From assembly GCA_963676795.2 (NCBI GenBank), contig CAXXTB010000001.1, positions 960,001 to 1,024,000 on the forward strand: 64,000 nt of DNA. The letters are read 5' to 3'. Position numbers and translations under genes: made by a program. Origin of the DNA: Geopsychrobacteraceae bacterium (lineage in GTDB: Bacteria; Desulfobacterota; Desulfuromonadia; Desulfuromonadales; Geopsychrobacteraceae). This document shows positions 19,424 through 30,483 of this stretch, one piece after another; the first letter of the stretch is position 1, and the number at the start of each line of letters is the position of its first letter. The notes under the pieces are model-generated. The model ran no database searches. It was not told the DNA's origin and worked only from the letters and a program-made list of their open reading frames with translations.

Positions 19424-19650
19424 TCTTTACCCCCGTTGCTGCGGTTGCGGAGCCAATCGGCAAGGCTTTCGGCGTCCCACGCCCGTTTATTGCCGATCTT
19501 TATAGATTCAGGGACAGGCTCCCCGAGTGATGCAAGGTTCTGTAGGTATTTGCCGGATATTGTGCCGCCCGAAAACTCAATAACTTTGGAGTTTGCGACA
19601 ATTGATGACGGCCAATTATCGACCATCCGAGAGAAGCAATCTTTTGACAT
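19420..19650 (-). CDS. AlpA/excisionase-like small DNA-binding protein
   Basis: 76 aa; ISGKYLQNLASLGEPVPESIKIGNKRAWDAESLADWL fits the AlpA/Xis winged-helix pattern; AGGAG RBS. Confidence 0.78.
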   Translation of the reverse strand: MSKDCFSRMVDNWPSSIVANSKVIEFSGGTISGKYLQNLASLGEPVPESIKIGNKRAWDAESLADWLRNRSNGGKE

Positions 19651-19771
19651 GGTTTTTTTCTCCTAAGTTTGGGTAAGGTTTTCCTACGTGTTTTTTGTGC
19701 GGCACGAGGGAAACACTAGCGGTAAGATTTAAGGCTGTAAAGAAGAAAAAAAGTCTGTAACACGCTGATAT

Positions 19772-19842
19772 GGTTGATAAAAGTTGTTAAATGTTTGTCG
19801 CGGTAAGGAATGGTGAAGGTTGATAAAAGTTGTGAAAGGTTT
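19772..19842. repeat. 25-bp direct repeat pair (23/25 identical) upstream of the AlpA-like gene
   Basis: ggttgataaaagttgt(t/g)aaa(t/g)gttt at 19772-19796 and 19818-19842. Confidence 0.8.
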
Positions 19843-20045
19843 ACTTTTGTTAATAAAAACAATTGGTTTGAAAGGGAGCAAAGTGTTGGTCTTGGCTAAT
19901 GGTATTGTTGAAAGAAAATTTCATTTTTTTTGACACAGAGATGAAAATATCTTCTTTTCGCTCTGGATCGAAAAGAAGTTCATCAACTTGCGGTATCGTT
20001 GATTTTTGTTGTGAAGGCAGTAGTAGAAGAAGTGCTAGAAAAATC

Positions 20046-20066
20046 AAAACTGGGACAGGACTGGGA
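20046..20066 (+). promoter_or_regulatory. Putative integrase arm-type sites, right end
   Basis: aaaactgggacaggactggga, same orientation as 12270-12290. Confidence 0.75.
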
Positions 20067-20081
20067 TAAATCCGAAATTTG

Positions 20082-20119
20082 AAAAACAAAAGGCACTCGC
20101 CAATACAAGCTAAGTGCCT
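20082..20119 (-). terminator. Element-supplied terminator downstream of the restored tRNA
   Basis: Minus strand: aggcacttagc-ttgtattg-gcgagtgcct then tttgttttt. Confidence 0.65.
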
Positions 20120-20129
20120 GATTTTACTA

Positions 20130-20205
<76 letters not shown>

Positions 20206-20374
20206 GTTGTGGTATGCATATCTACCGCAATTAATATGAGAGAGTCAATCATATTGCTCGCATAAACGACGTTGATTCAGCTATAGTCCGAGACGACGTC
20301 GGTGGAGCAATGTTGACAATAGGTTACCGTGGTGGTAATAATTCAACAATGTTTACCATCCAGGGAAAATTGTT

Positions 20375-20812
20375 ATGGAAATGGTTCTGAAAAAACGTCT
20401 GCAACTGTTTGAAGATATCTGCCGGGGGCGGGGGTTGCGTCTGACGCCTCAACGCCTTGAGATCTTCAAGGAACTGGTCAAGTCCGATGACCACCCGACT
20501 GCGGAGCGCCTCCATCAACGGCTGCTGAAACGCCTGCCGACCCTGTCTCTTGATACTGTCTACCGAACCCTGGCAACCTTTGTCGATCTGGGAGTCGCCA
20601 TCCGTGTCGAAACGGTCGAGAGCCATGCTCATTTCGAGGCTTACTTTCAGGATCATCATCATGTGATCTGTCGTAAGTGCGATAAGATTATCGATTTTGA
20701 ATGGGAAATCTTCGATTCTTCCGATCTGCCTGAGCAGGTGAAGACATGGGGACAGGTCGAGAGAAAGGATATTGTCCTTTACGGCATCTGTAACGATTGT
20801 TTACAAAAATAG
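20375..20812 (+). CDS. perR: Fur family regulator, PerR-like
   Basis: LRLTPQR, HPTAE, TVYRTL, HHHVICRKC, CNDC; lies directly upstream of katG. Confidence 0.85.
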   Translation: MEMVLKKRLQLFEDICRGRGLRLTPQRLEIFKELVKSDDHPTAERLHQRLLKRLPTLSLDTVYRTLATFVDLGVAIRVETVESHAHFEAYFQDHHHVICRKCDKIIDFEWEIFDSSDLPEQVKTWGQVERKDIVLYGICNDCLQK

Positions 20813-20913
20813 TCATTGACTTTTTTTATCTCATAAATAAGAATAATTCCTTGTAAGTAATATATCGAAAATGCTGGACTCATGATAAAAGAGCGTTAGA
20901 CTTTCTATTTTGA

Positions 20914-23172
<2,259 letters not shown>

Positions 23173-23211
23173 TTCTCTTTTTCCCTGCACAAAGATGTCT
23201 GTTTGAGTAAT

Positions 23212-23242
23212 GCCGCCGGAGTATTTCCGGCGGCTTTTTTTT
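23212..23242 (+). terminator. Intrinsic terminator after katG
   Basis: gccgccgga-gtatt-tccggcggc followed by a T tract. Confidence 0.85.
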
Positions 23243-23475
23243 AAAAAAATTCCATCTGTTCATTGGTTGGAATTAACTACCTGTATATATTGTGATCTGA
23301 TTACCTTTTCTTTTAATGTCAATATGTTGGAGGGTTTGGCTGGGGGCATGGCCTGGTTGTTGTTCTGGCTTTTGTCTAGCTGATATGGCATTGTGTTGGA
23401 CTTTCGTTAGGGGGACGTTAGTATTTTGCACAAATTGCGGCCATTCTCCAGAGGAGGGGACCGAAAGTCCGCATT

Positions 23476-25566
23476 GTGCTCAAATTGGAGTCGAAGGTGA
23501 TTAGATCGTTTTTTCAAGGGTTAACTCTCCGCGGGAAGTTAACCTTTTTGATTACCCTTACAAGTTGTTTTGTTCTGTGTCTGACGATTCTGGCGGCAAT
23601 GTTTTTTCAGTGGGGCCGACTGCGCGAGGAACTGCTTGAGGAAGCTCTGACGCTGTCCTATGAGATCAAGGACGATTGTGCAAAAGGCTTGAGGGACCAT
23701 GATCTCGAGAGCCTGAAGCGCGTTCTGGCCATTGTTCCGTTGAGAAAAAATTTTACTGCGGCCGCCGTTTTTGATGAAAATCAGCAGCTTCTCGCATCGA
23801 TTGCGGATTCTCCGGAAGTCGAACTGCCGGTTCTGGCCGGTCGTGAGTACGGTTATTCCTTCGGCCCGGCCTACTTCGATATGGTCGAACCGATCCGGTT
23901 TGATGGTAAAGTCCTCGGCTTTCTGGCTCTGCGCGCCGGTATGCTGCGGATTCATGCGACGATGTGGCATTATGTCATCATCGGCGGAGGCGCTTTTGTC
24001 GTTTATTCGCTGATTGCCTTGCTGGTTGCCCGTTTTCTTCAGCGCCTGATCTCCGACAGGGTTCTGACTCTGGCTGAGGCTATGGACCAGGTCGCAGTGG
24101 ATAAGGATTACAGCCGGCGGGTCAGCAAGAGGGCGAACGACGAGATCGGGCGGCTGTTCGACGGCTTTAACCGCATGCTCGGTGAAATCGAGAAGCGCGA
24201 AACGGAATTGCGTGACAGCGAAAGCCGGCTCGATTTTCTCGCTCATCATGATCATCTCACCCAGCTGCCGAACCGTCGCCTGCTGCAGGCCCGCCTCGAA
24301 CATGCCCTGGCCCGTTGCAACAGAACGCAGTCGCGCCTGGCACTTCTGTTTATCGATCTCGACCGCTTCAAGAATATCAACGATTCCCTCGGTCACGATT
24401 CCGGCGACAAGGTGCTGCGTCATGTCGCCAATTGCCTGAAGAGCCAGATCCGTGAATCTGATACCCTGGCGCGAAACGGTGGCGACGAATTCGTTATTCT
24501 TGTTGAACAGTTCAAAAAGAATGATGACCTGCGGCGCTTTGTCCAGAAATTGCTCCGGGAGCTTGCCAAACCGCTTGATGATGAAGGCCAGCTGCTCCAT
24601 GTAACCGCGACGATCGGGATCAGTTTGTTTCCGGATGATGGTGAAGATCCCGGAACCTTGATGCGAGCCGCCGACGCGGCGATGTACCGGGCCAAATATG
24701 ACGGGCGTAACCGTTTTCAGTTTTTCTCGCCGGAAATGAACAGTCATAGCCGTGAGTGCCTGCTGATGGAAAATCATCTGCGCAAGGCGCTTGAGAGAGA
24801 TGAATTTCATCTTGTCTACCAGCCGCAATATCACCTCAATAGCGGCCGTCTGATCGGTTTTGAAGCCCTGTTGCGTTGGGACAATGCTGAGTTAGGCAGG
24901 GTTTCGCCCGCCGACTTCATCCCTCTTGCCGAAGAGATCGGGATGATTGTGCCGATCGGCGACTGGATTCTCGTCACTGCCTGCCAGATGATCAAGAGTT
25001 TGCAGGACACATGGAAGATTCCCCTGCGAATCGCGGTCAATCTGTCTCCCCGCCAGTTCCGTGACGATTCGCTGGTCGGTTCAGTCGCCAGAGCTCTGTA
25101 TCGCAGTGGTCTGGCTCCCGGATCTCTGGAGCTGGAGATTACCGAAGGCACCGTTATGGATGATGTCGGTGACGCCATCAGCAAGATGGAACAGTTCAAG
25201 AAGATGGGGGTGCATCTGGCGATCGATGATTTTGGAACGGGCTATTCCTCTCTGGGCTACCTGAAGAAATTCCCGATTTCAAGGCTGAAGATCGACCAGT
25301 CGTTCGTGCGCGATCTGGAGCAGAGCAGCAGCGACGCAGCCATCATAAACTCGATCATTGCGCTGGGCCGGACAATGAATCTCGAAGTCATTGCCGAAGG
25401 GATAGAGCATGCTGAGCAGTTTGCGTTCCTGAAGGAGGAGGGCTGTCATTTCGGCCAGGGCTTTCTGATGGGCCGCCCGCTGGCGGAAGAGGATCTGCAG
25501 AAGAATGTCGACCTGAGTCTTTTGCTCGCCAGTTCCAATGAGGCGATGACCGGCCATTTTCACTGA
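23476..25566 (+). CDS. Membrane sensor-HAMP-GGDEF-EAL protein
   Basis: Two TM segments around a periplasmic domain, HAMP (DEIGRLFDGFNRML), GGDEF, EALLRW, DDFGTGYSS. Confidence 0.93.
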   Translation: MLKLESKVIRSFFQGLTLRGKLTFLITLTSCFVLCLTILAAMFFQWGRLREELLEEALTLSYEIKDDCAKGLRDHDLESLKRVLAIVPLRKNFTAAAVFDENQQLLASIADSPEVELPVLAGREYGYSFGPAYFDMVEPIRFDGKVLGFLALRAGMLRIHATMWHYVIIGGGAFVVYSLIALLVARFLQRLISDRVLTLAEAMDQVAVDKDYSRRVSKRANDEIGRLFDGFNRMLGEIEKRETELRDSESRLDFLAHHDHLTQLPNRRLLQARLEHALARCNRTQSRLALLFIDLDRFKNINDSLGHDSGDKVLRHVANCLKSQIRESDTLARNGGDEFVILVEQFKKNDDLRRFVQKLLRELAKPLDDEGQLLHVTATIGISLFPDDGEDPGTLMRAADAAMYRAKYDGRNRFQFFSPEMNSHSRECLLMENHLRKALERDEFHLVYQPQYHLNSGRLIGFEALLRWDNAELGRVSPADFIPLAEEIGMIVPIGDWILVTACQMIKSLQDTWKIPLRIAVNLSPRQFRDDSLVGSVARALYRSGLAPGSLELEITEGTVMDDVGDAISKMEQFKKMGVHLAIDDFGTGYSSLGYLKKFPISRLKIDQSFVRDLEQSSSDAAIINSIIALGRTMNLEVIAEGIEHAEQFAFLKEEGCHFGQGFLMGRPLAEEDLQKNVDLSLLLASSNEAMTGHFH

Positions 25567-25609
25567 AAAGAGAGTGCGCTTCCGCAGGGGAAACGCACTC
25601 GACTCAACA

Positions 25610-26422
25610 TCAGAACCAGTTATCCTTCTCTTCGGCATAGACCTTCGGCAATAATGCTGCCAGGTTCGCGAATTCCTTGACATTGTGCCCGAGCAGATCG
25701 GTCGGGCCCTGAACCGGGATCTTGAATCCGTCGGGAATCATCTTGACTGGTTTGCCATCGATAATCTGCCAGCCGAACCAGAAGCGCGAGCGCAGTTCAG
25801 AGCCTCCCTCGACCGGACGCAGGAAGTGGGTCATAACCACCGGAACGTCGGGGTGCAGGTCGTTGCCGTAAGCGAAGCAGTTGGCGCAGACCAGGGCGTT
25901 GCAGGCTTCGGTATCGATCCGGCTTTCGTCGTAGCCCATATCGCCCGGGCGCATGAAATGGATCTGCAGCAGATCAACGTTGCCGGTACCGATATCCTCC
26001 CAGATCTTGTGGATACTTCCCCAGTGCCGTTCGCGCATCGACAGGCTCATGTCACGGGCCTTGGCCGGATCGGCGAGCTGGACATCATAATGATCTTCAC
26101 TGTCCCAGATGGCGTAGCGCAGCCGGTCGATCGGATGCCAGGCGAACCACCAGTCGAACATCTCGCCGGTCACACCGGGGAACTGGGTGTGGTTGGCAAT
26201 GACGACAGTGCCGTCTTCAAGGGCCCAGAGGCCGAACTCTTCCGGGAAATAGCCAGGATTGAATAGATCGTTGCGGTTCTCGATACGGGGTGCAATGGCA
26301 TTGTCCAGGGGACCGCGTTCGATCTTTTTATATTTTTTCGGGTCTCCCTCAGCGAGATCTGCCAGATAATACTTGAAGTAGTTTTTTTCTCTGTCCAGGT
26401 TGGATGCGGGTACTTTTGCCAT
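25610..26422 (-). CDS. PhlG/phloretin-hydrolase-like C-C hydrolase (DAPG hydrolase family)
   Basis: PGVTGEMFDWWFAWH...RYAIWD.EDH...EDIG...ELRSRFWFG...HNVKEFANLAALLP pattern. Confidence 0.82.
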   Translation of the reverse strand: MAKVPASNLDREKNYFKYYLADLAEGDPKKYKKIERGPLDNAIAPRIENRNDLFNPGYFPEEFGLWALEDGTVVIANHTQFPGVTGEMFDWWFAWHPIDRLRYAIWDSEDHYDVQLADPAKARDMSLSMRERHWGSIHKIWEDIGTGNVDLLQIHFMRPGDMGYDESRIDTEACNALVCANCFAYGNDLHPDVPVVMTHFLRPVEGGSELRSRFWFGWQIIDGKPVKMIPDGFKIPVQGPTDLLGHNVKEFANLAALLPKVYAEEKDNWF

Positions 26423-26449
26423 GTTGAGTCCTTTCTGCGCGGCTCAGTC

Positions 26450-27760
26450 TCAAGCCACGGGTTTTGTGTCACAGACCTCTTCAGTACTGTCAGCATAATC
26501 GATGGCCACCTCCTTGCCGATCAGTCTGTCATCCAGAACAATAGCGAGAATCAGGGCGATCACGTTGCCGACGATCAGGAACAGGTAGGCCTTGTCGATG
26601 GAACCGGTTTTGCTGACGGTAATGCCGATCAGGCCGAAAGCCAGGACCCGGATCGCACCGACGATGGTGTTGACCACTCGTGATGCTGAGGCGTAGTCCC
26701 AGCGACCGAAGGTCTGGGCCAGCATCGACGGCTGCAGGTTGCCGATGCCGCCGATCCCCCAGCCTGCCATGCAGATGCCGACGACCGTCCCCGGGATGCT
26801 CTTGGTTGAGGAGAGCAGGACAATGATGGCGATGATGTACCAGATGGCGTAGATGATCGTCGACTTTTTGGTTCCGATTTTCAGGTCGATCAGGCCCCAG
26901 ACGATACTGCCGACGATGCCAACGACGGCGGCGAGGGAGAGCATGATCAGGCCGAACTTCTGGGTGTGCCCGAGGCCGATCATGCGCGGAATCATCTGGC
27001 CGACCAGGCCGATGGTGGTCAGAAACAGCAGGCCATAGCAGATGCTCTGGATCCAGACGGTCTTGTTGGCAAGCAGCCGGCCGACGGTCCAGTCGCTTTT
27101 GTAGTTGGCCGCGATCTGGCGGGTTTTTTCCAGATTCTCAAGTCCGGAATCGTCGCCGTCCGGGTAGAGCCCCATCTCTTCCGGGGTGTTTTTGACCCAG
27201 AAGATCGAGATGATCCCCAGTAAGATGACCACAACGCCGAAGATCGAGAAAGCTCCGGCGATGCCGAACTTGCCGATCAGTACCGCGAGGATCGGCACAA
27301 ACAGTGCTGTCGCCAGTGGCATGCCCATCGATGACCAGCCAAGAGCATAACCTCTTTTGCGCGGGAACCAGCTGGAGGTCAGAGCGCCGGTGCAGACGTT
27401 GCCGTAACCGTTGGTGAAAAAGAAGACCAGGCAGACCGCGACGGCATACATAGCGACACTGGAAGCCTGGCCGTAGATAAAGCAGGCAATCCCCGAGCCG
27501 ATCAGGGCCAGCGGAATAACGAAGCGATTGCCTTTTTTGTCAACCAGCCAGGAAAAGAAGATGATCCCGATAAGACCGACCCAGCTGGCCGGGGTCGAGA
27601 GGGAAAGAATGGTTCCGTAATTCCAGCCATGAGCTTCAACAAACGCCGGAACCGAGATATTCTGGCCGTCGACCGCCAGGCCTGCATAGAAAAAAAACAT
27701 CAGTGCGACCAAAACCTGCAGGCCCCAGCCGTAGGTGAAACTCTTCTTTTTTTGAGACAT
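26450..27760 (-). CDS. MFS transporter
   Basis: About 12 TM helices; WLVDKKGNR, WFPRKRG, LIDLKIG motifs; GGAGGA RBS. Confidence 0.9.
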   Translation of the reverse strand: MSQKKKSFTYGWGLQVLVALMFFFYAGLAVDGQNISVPAFVEAHGWNYGTILSLSTPASWVGLIGIIFFSWLVDKKGNRFVIPLALIGSGIACFIYGQASSVAMYAVAVCLVFFFTNGYGNVCTGALTSSWFPRKRGYALGWSSMGMPLATALFVPILAVLIGKFGIAGAFSIFGVVVILLGIISIFWVKNTPEEMGLYPDGDDSGLENLEKTRQIAANYKSDWTVGRLLANKTVWIQSICYGLLFLTTIGLVGQMIPRMIGLGHTQKFGLIMLSLAAVVGIVGSIVWGLIDLKIGTKKSTIIYAIWYIIAIIVLLSSTKSIPGTVVGICMAGWGIGGIGNLQPSMLAQTFGRWDYASASRVVNTIVGAIRVLAFGLIGITVSKTGSIDKAYLFLIVGNVIALILAIVLDDRLIGKEVAIDYADSTEEVCDTKPVA

Positions 27761-27899
27761 TAAATCCTCCCCTTTGAGATGGTTAACGAGTGTGGCAGCT
27801 CCTTCATGCAACAAAACTAGGTGTTATTTCGATAAATTGGAAATCGATATTTGGCATCTTGGTATTCCGAAATGGAATAGTTTGGGGATTTATGAAGAA

Positions 27900-28823
27900 T
27901 CAAGCATTTTCAGAGAGATAGTGGATCTTCAGGAGTTCAACAAAATCTTCAAGGTAGGGTTTTCTGTTGCTCTTTTTCCAGACGGCAATCAGGCCGCTAT
28001 AGGTTTCAGGAATGGCGAAGGTTTTGATCAACGGATTTTCCAGATTGCGTAAAAAACGGTCGCAGATCAGGACGTCATCATCATTTTCAATGCAGCTGAT
28101 CAGGGAGTTGGCATCCGGAGCATAACGGGAAATCTGAGGTTCAAACCCCTGGGCGCGGCACAGAGCCTGAACATAGCGATGGTAGACGGGGGCATCGATA
28201 GGGGAGAGGATGACAAATTTCTGGTTGTGCAGTTCTTTGAGGCTCAGGTTCTCTTTCCGGCTGAGCGGGTTTGATTCGAGCATGGCAATCAACTTCGGGC
28301 AGGTCGTGATCTGGGCCCAGGTCAGATCGTCGCTGAGCTGATCCTTTTCCATTTCGATGGTGATCATCAGGTCGATCTCATCCTTGGCCAACAGACTGCG
28401 CCATTTGCCGAAGGAAGAATAGCAGAGGTGAAAGGACAGATCCTGATAGAGCTGGCCGAGCTGCCTGCCGACCAGGGAGATGGCTCCCAGGTTGCTGCCC
28501 GAATCGAACCAGCAGACGGTCAGGTCATTCTTTTCATTGTCACTGTAACGGTAGGCTTCATCGATTGAGCTCTGGATCTGGGAACAGACGTTCTTCCAGC
28601 GCTGATAGAGAATTTTTCCCTGTTCTGTCAGTTCAACGGGACGTTTCTCCCGGGTGAACAGCTGCAGGCCTATGGCATTTTCCAGCGAGGAGATCCGTTT
28701 GCTCAGGGTCGGCTGGGTCATGTTCATCATTTCAGCTGCACGCGAAAAATTCTGTTCTTCAGCGACGATCAGAAACAGCTGAATCTGATAAATGCTGATA
28801 TCGGGAATGGTCAAGCGTTTCAT
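27900..28823 (-). CDS. LysR family transcriptional regulator
   Basis: FSRAAEMMNMTQPTLSKRISSLE...LF.R...LTEQG HTH. Confidence 0.93.
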   Translation of the reverse strand: MKRLTIPDISIYQIQLFLIVAEEQNFSRAAEMMNMTQPTLSKRISSLENAIGLQLFTREKRPVELTEQGKILYQRWKNVCSQIQSSIDEAYRYSDNEKNDLTVCWFDSGSNLGAISLVGRQLGQLYQDLSFHLCYSSFGKWRSLLAKDEIDLMITIEMEKDQLSDDLTWAQITTCPKLIAMLESNPLSRKENLSLKELHNQKFVILSPIDAPVYHRYVQALCRAQGFEPQISRYAPDANSLISCIENDDDVLICDRFLRNLENPLIKTFAIPETYSGLIAVWKKSNRKPYLEDFVELLKIHYLSENA

Positions 28824-29833
28824 GGCAGCTCTCTCCCAGGGGAATGCTAGAGTCTAAACCAGCGATGTGAACTTATCAATGAAATTGAAAGGTTGGGAGA
28901 CTGGGTAAGACAGAATACTGGGAGTGTCTCAGCAGGAATGACGAATTGATTTTCTCTTAAGTCCGTGTTGCCTTGAGTTTTGTTGGTCATGCATTTGTGT
29001 CTTCCTGTAAGTGATGATGCCGTGCCAATGAATAGCTCTGGGGCTTAAGGATAAGAAAAGCTGATAGTTTGTATTTAAACATTTCATGTTGGGTTTTGCT
29101 CTTGAGATGATATGGGAAATTTCTTTTAAGTTTTTGAAAATATTATAAAAGATAGATTTTTTAGCAGTCTGAAAGGCTCAGATTGACAATTTTCCAGATC
29201 TTGAGTTCGCCGAGGAATTAATGATATATTCCTCAGCCAACAGCAGCAGTTTTTTTTGCATCGTGATTGGGTATGTTTCAATCTCAGATCTCGGCAACGG
29301 AACCCGCTGCAGGGTAGTGAAAAAGTAAATAGCTCAAAGATGAGTCAACCCGATAATGGTTGCGTGTTTGCATGTGGACGAGAAAGCGATCGAAAGCTGA
29401 TTAACACTTCCAGATTTACAGCGAGGCATTCCCTCTGATTTAACTCTCAAGAAGTGCACTTCCCAGCTCAAGAAGAAATCACAAGCTATTCCATCCAGAG
29501 TCTTTACCGTTACGGTAAAGGTACGAGTGCTCTTTGATCCATCCTGTACCCCAGGGAACGGACGGGGTACTTCCACGGCATATCCAAGCATCTGTATTTT
29601 AAGTAACTTTCTGTTTCACAGAAGCGACATGGTTTGTTTGCGCCACTCCTGCCTCAGTGGTGAGCAGGGTGCGCTTTGTAGAAACGTCGATTCGGTTGAA
29701 GTCCAACAGATACCGATAATCGCCAGACCTGAATTTTGTGGGAGAGCATTCCGTGCCTGCCACGAATAAGGTCAGTCCTCTCACCAGAAATGGTGAACGA
29801 GATATAAACGAAATATTAGACATATAGGAGAAA

Positions 29834-30037
29834 ATGATGAAACTTCCAATGCCACTCGTATTGCTGCAAGTATTACTGGTCCCCCTTTGGTTGCTGACTT
29901 TTTATGTGCTGCTGCTTATGTCCCCGACTGAAGTCAGGATTGAAACCGTTGGTAACGGCTTGAATCCAGAACAGGCTCAAATGAGCGCTTATTCTGCCTA
30001 TTTGGATGAAGCTGTCGTTCGCTATGCCCGTAATTAG
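29834..30037 (+). CDS. Small membrane protein, hypothetical (67 aa)
   Basis: AGGAG RBS, one strong hydrophobic helix, downstream hairpin at 30104-30138. Confidence 0.5.
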   Translation: MMKLPMPLVLLQVLLVPLWLLTFYVLLLMSPTEVRIETVGNGLNPEQAQMSAYSAYLDEAVVRYARN

Positions 30038-30308
30038 CGGCGACGATCGAAATAATCTATTCTCATATGCTTCAACTCGCTTGACTGTTTCTGATTGTGT
30101 TTGAGATAGGGGGCTCTCCTCTATGGGGCCCCCTATCTATTCACTGGGTTCGGTTAACAGCATTCCCATCTTTTTTTTAATTTCGTTTCTCAATCCAAAT
30201 AGCATTGAAACTCTCGTGAGCCGCAAGCGCTGTCAGTACCGCGCTCTTTTTTGTTCTGGCCTGTGCAGTTCCGCAAGCACTATCATATAAGAATATGTAA
30301 TGTAGAAC

Positions 30309-30363
30309 ATTAAAACCATTCATTTGACTTATATTTGATTGACTAATACTATCTGACCAAACA
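30309..30363 (+). promoter_or_regulatory. Shared operator/promoter, copy 1
   Basis: attaaaaccattcat abutting TTGACT-N17-TACTAT. Confidence 0.75.
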
Positions 30364-30483
30364 ATTAGTCAAGAAGAAACAGGCAGCTTCCAAAAAAATC
30401 AGTCCCGGCTTCAGCAGTCTTATTGCTCAGAGCGAATAAGACGATCGCATACAGAATTTTAACCACTACAAAGGGAGTTTCTT

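Noticed and set aside
19850..20089. 79-aa ORF at the right end of the element
   Set aside because: Overlaps the att arm and terminator sequence, has no clear RBS and no recognisable domain; a small membrane peptide cannot be fully excluded.
12153..20127. Apparent absence of GCCGGC sites inside the element (restriction-site avoidance)
   Set aside because: I saw none by eye, but at the element's lower GC content only about one site is expected in 8 kb, so absence is uninformative.
23539..24834. Long antisense ORFs (also 1159-2049, 21313-22350, 30466-31800, 33384-34448, 35617-36642, 62565-63470)
   Set aside because: Shadow frames opposite well-supported genes in GC-rich DNA; no recognisable motifs.
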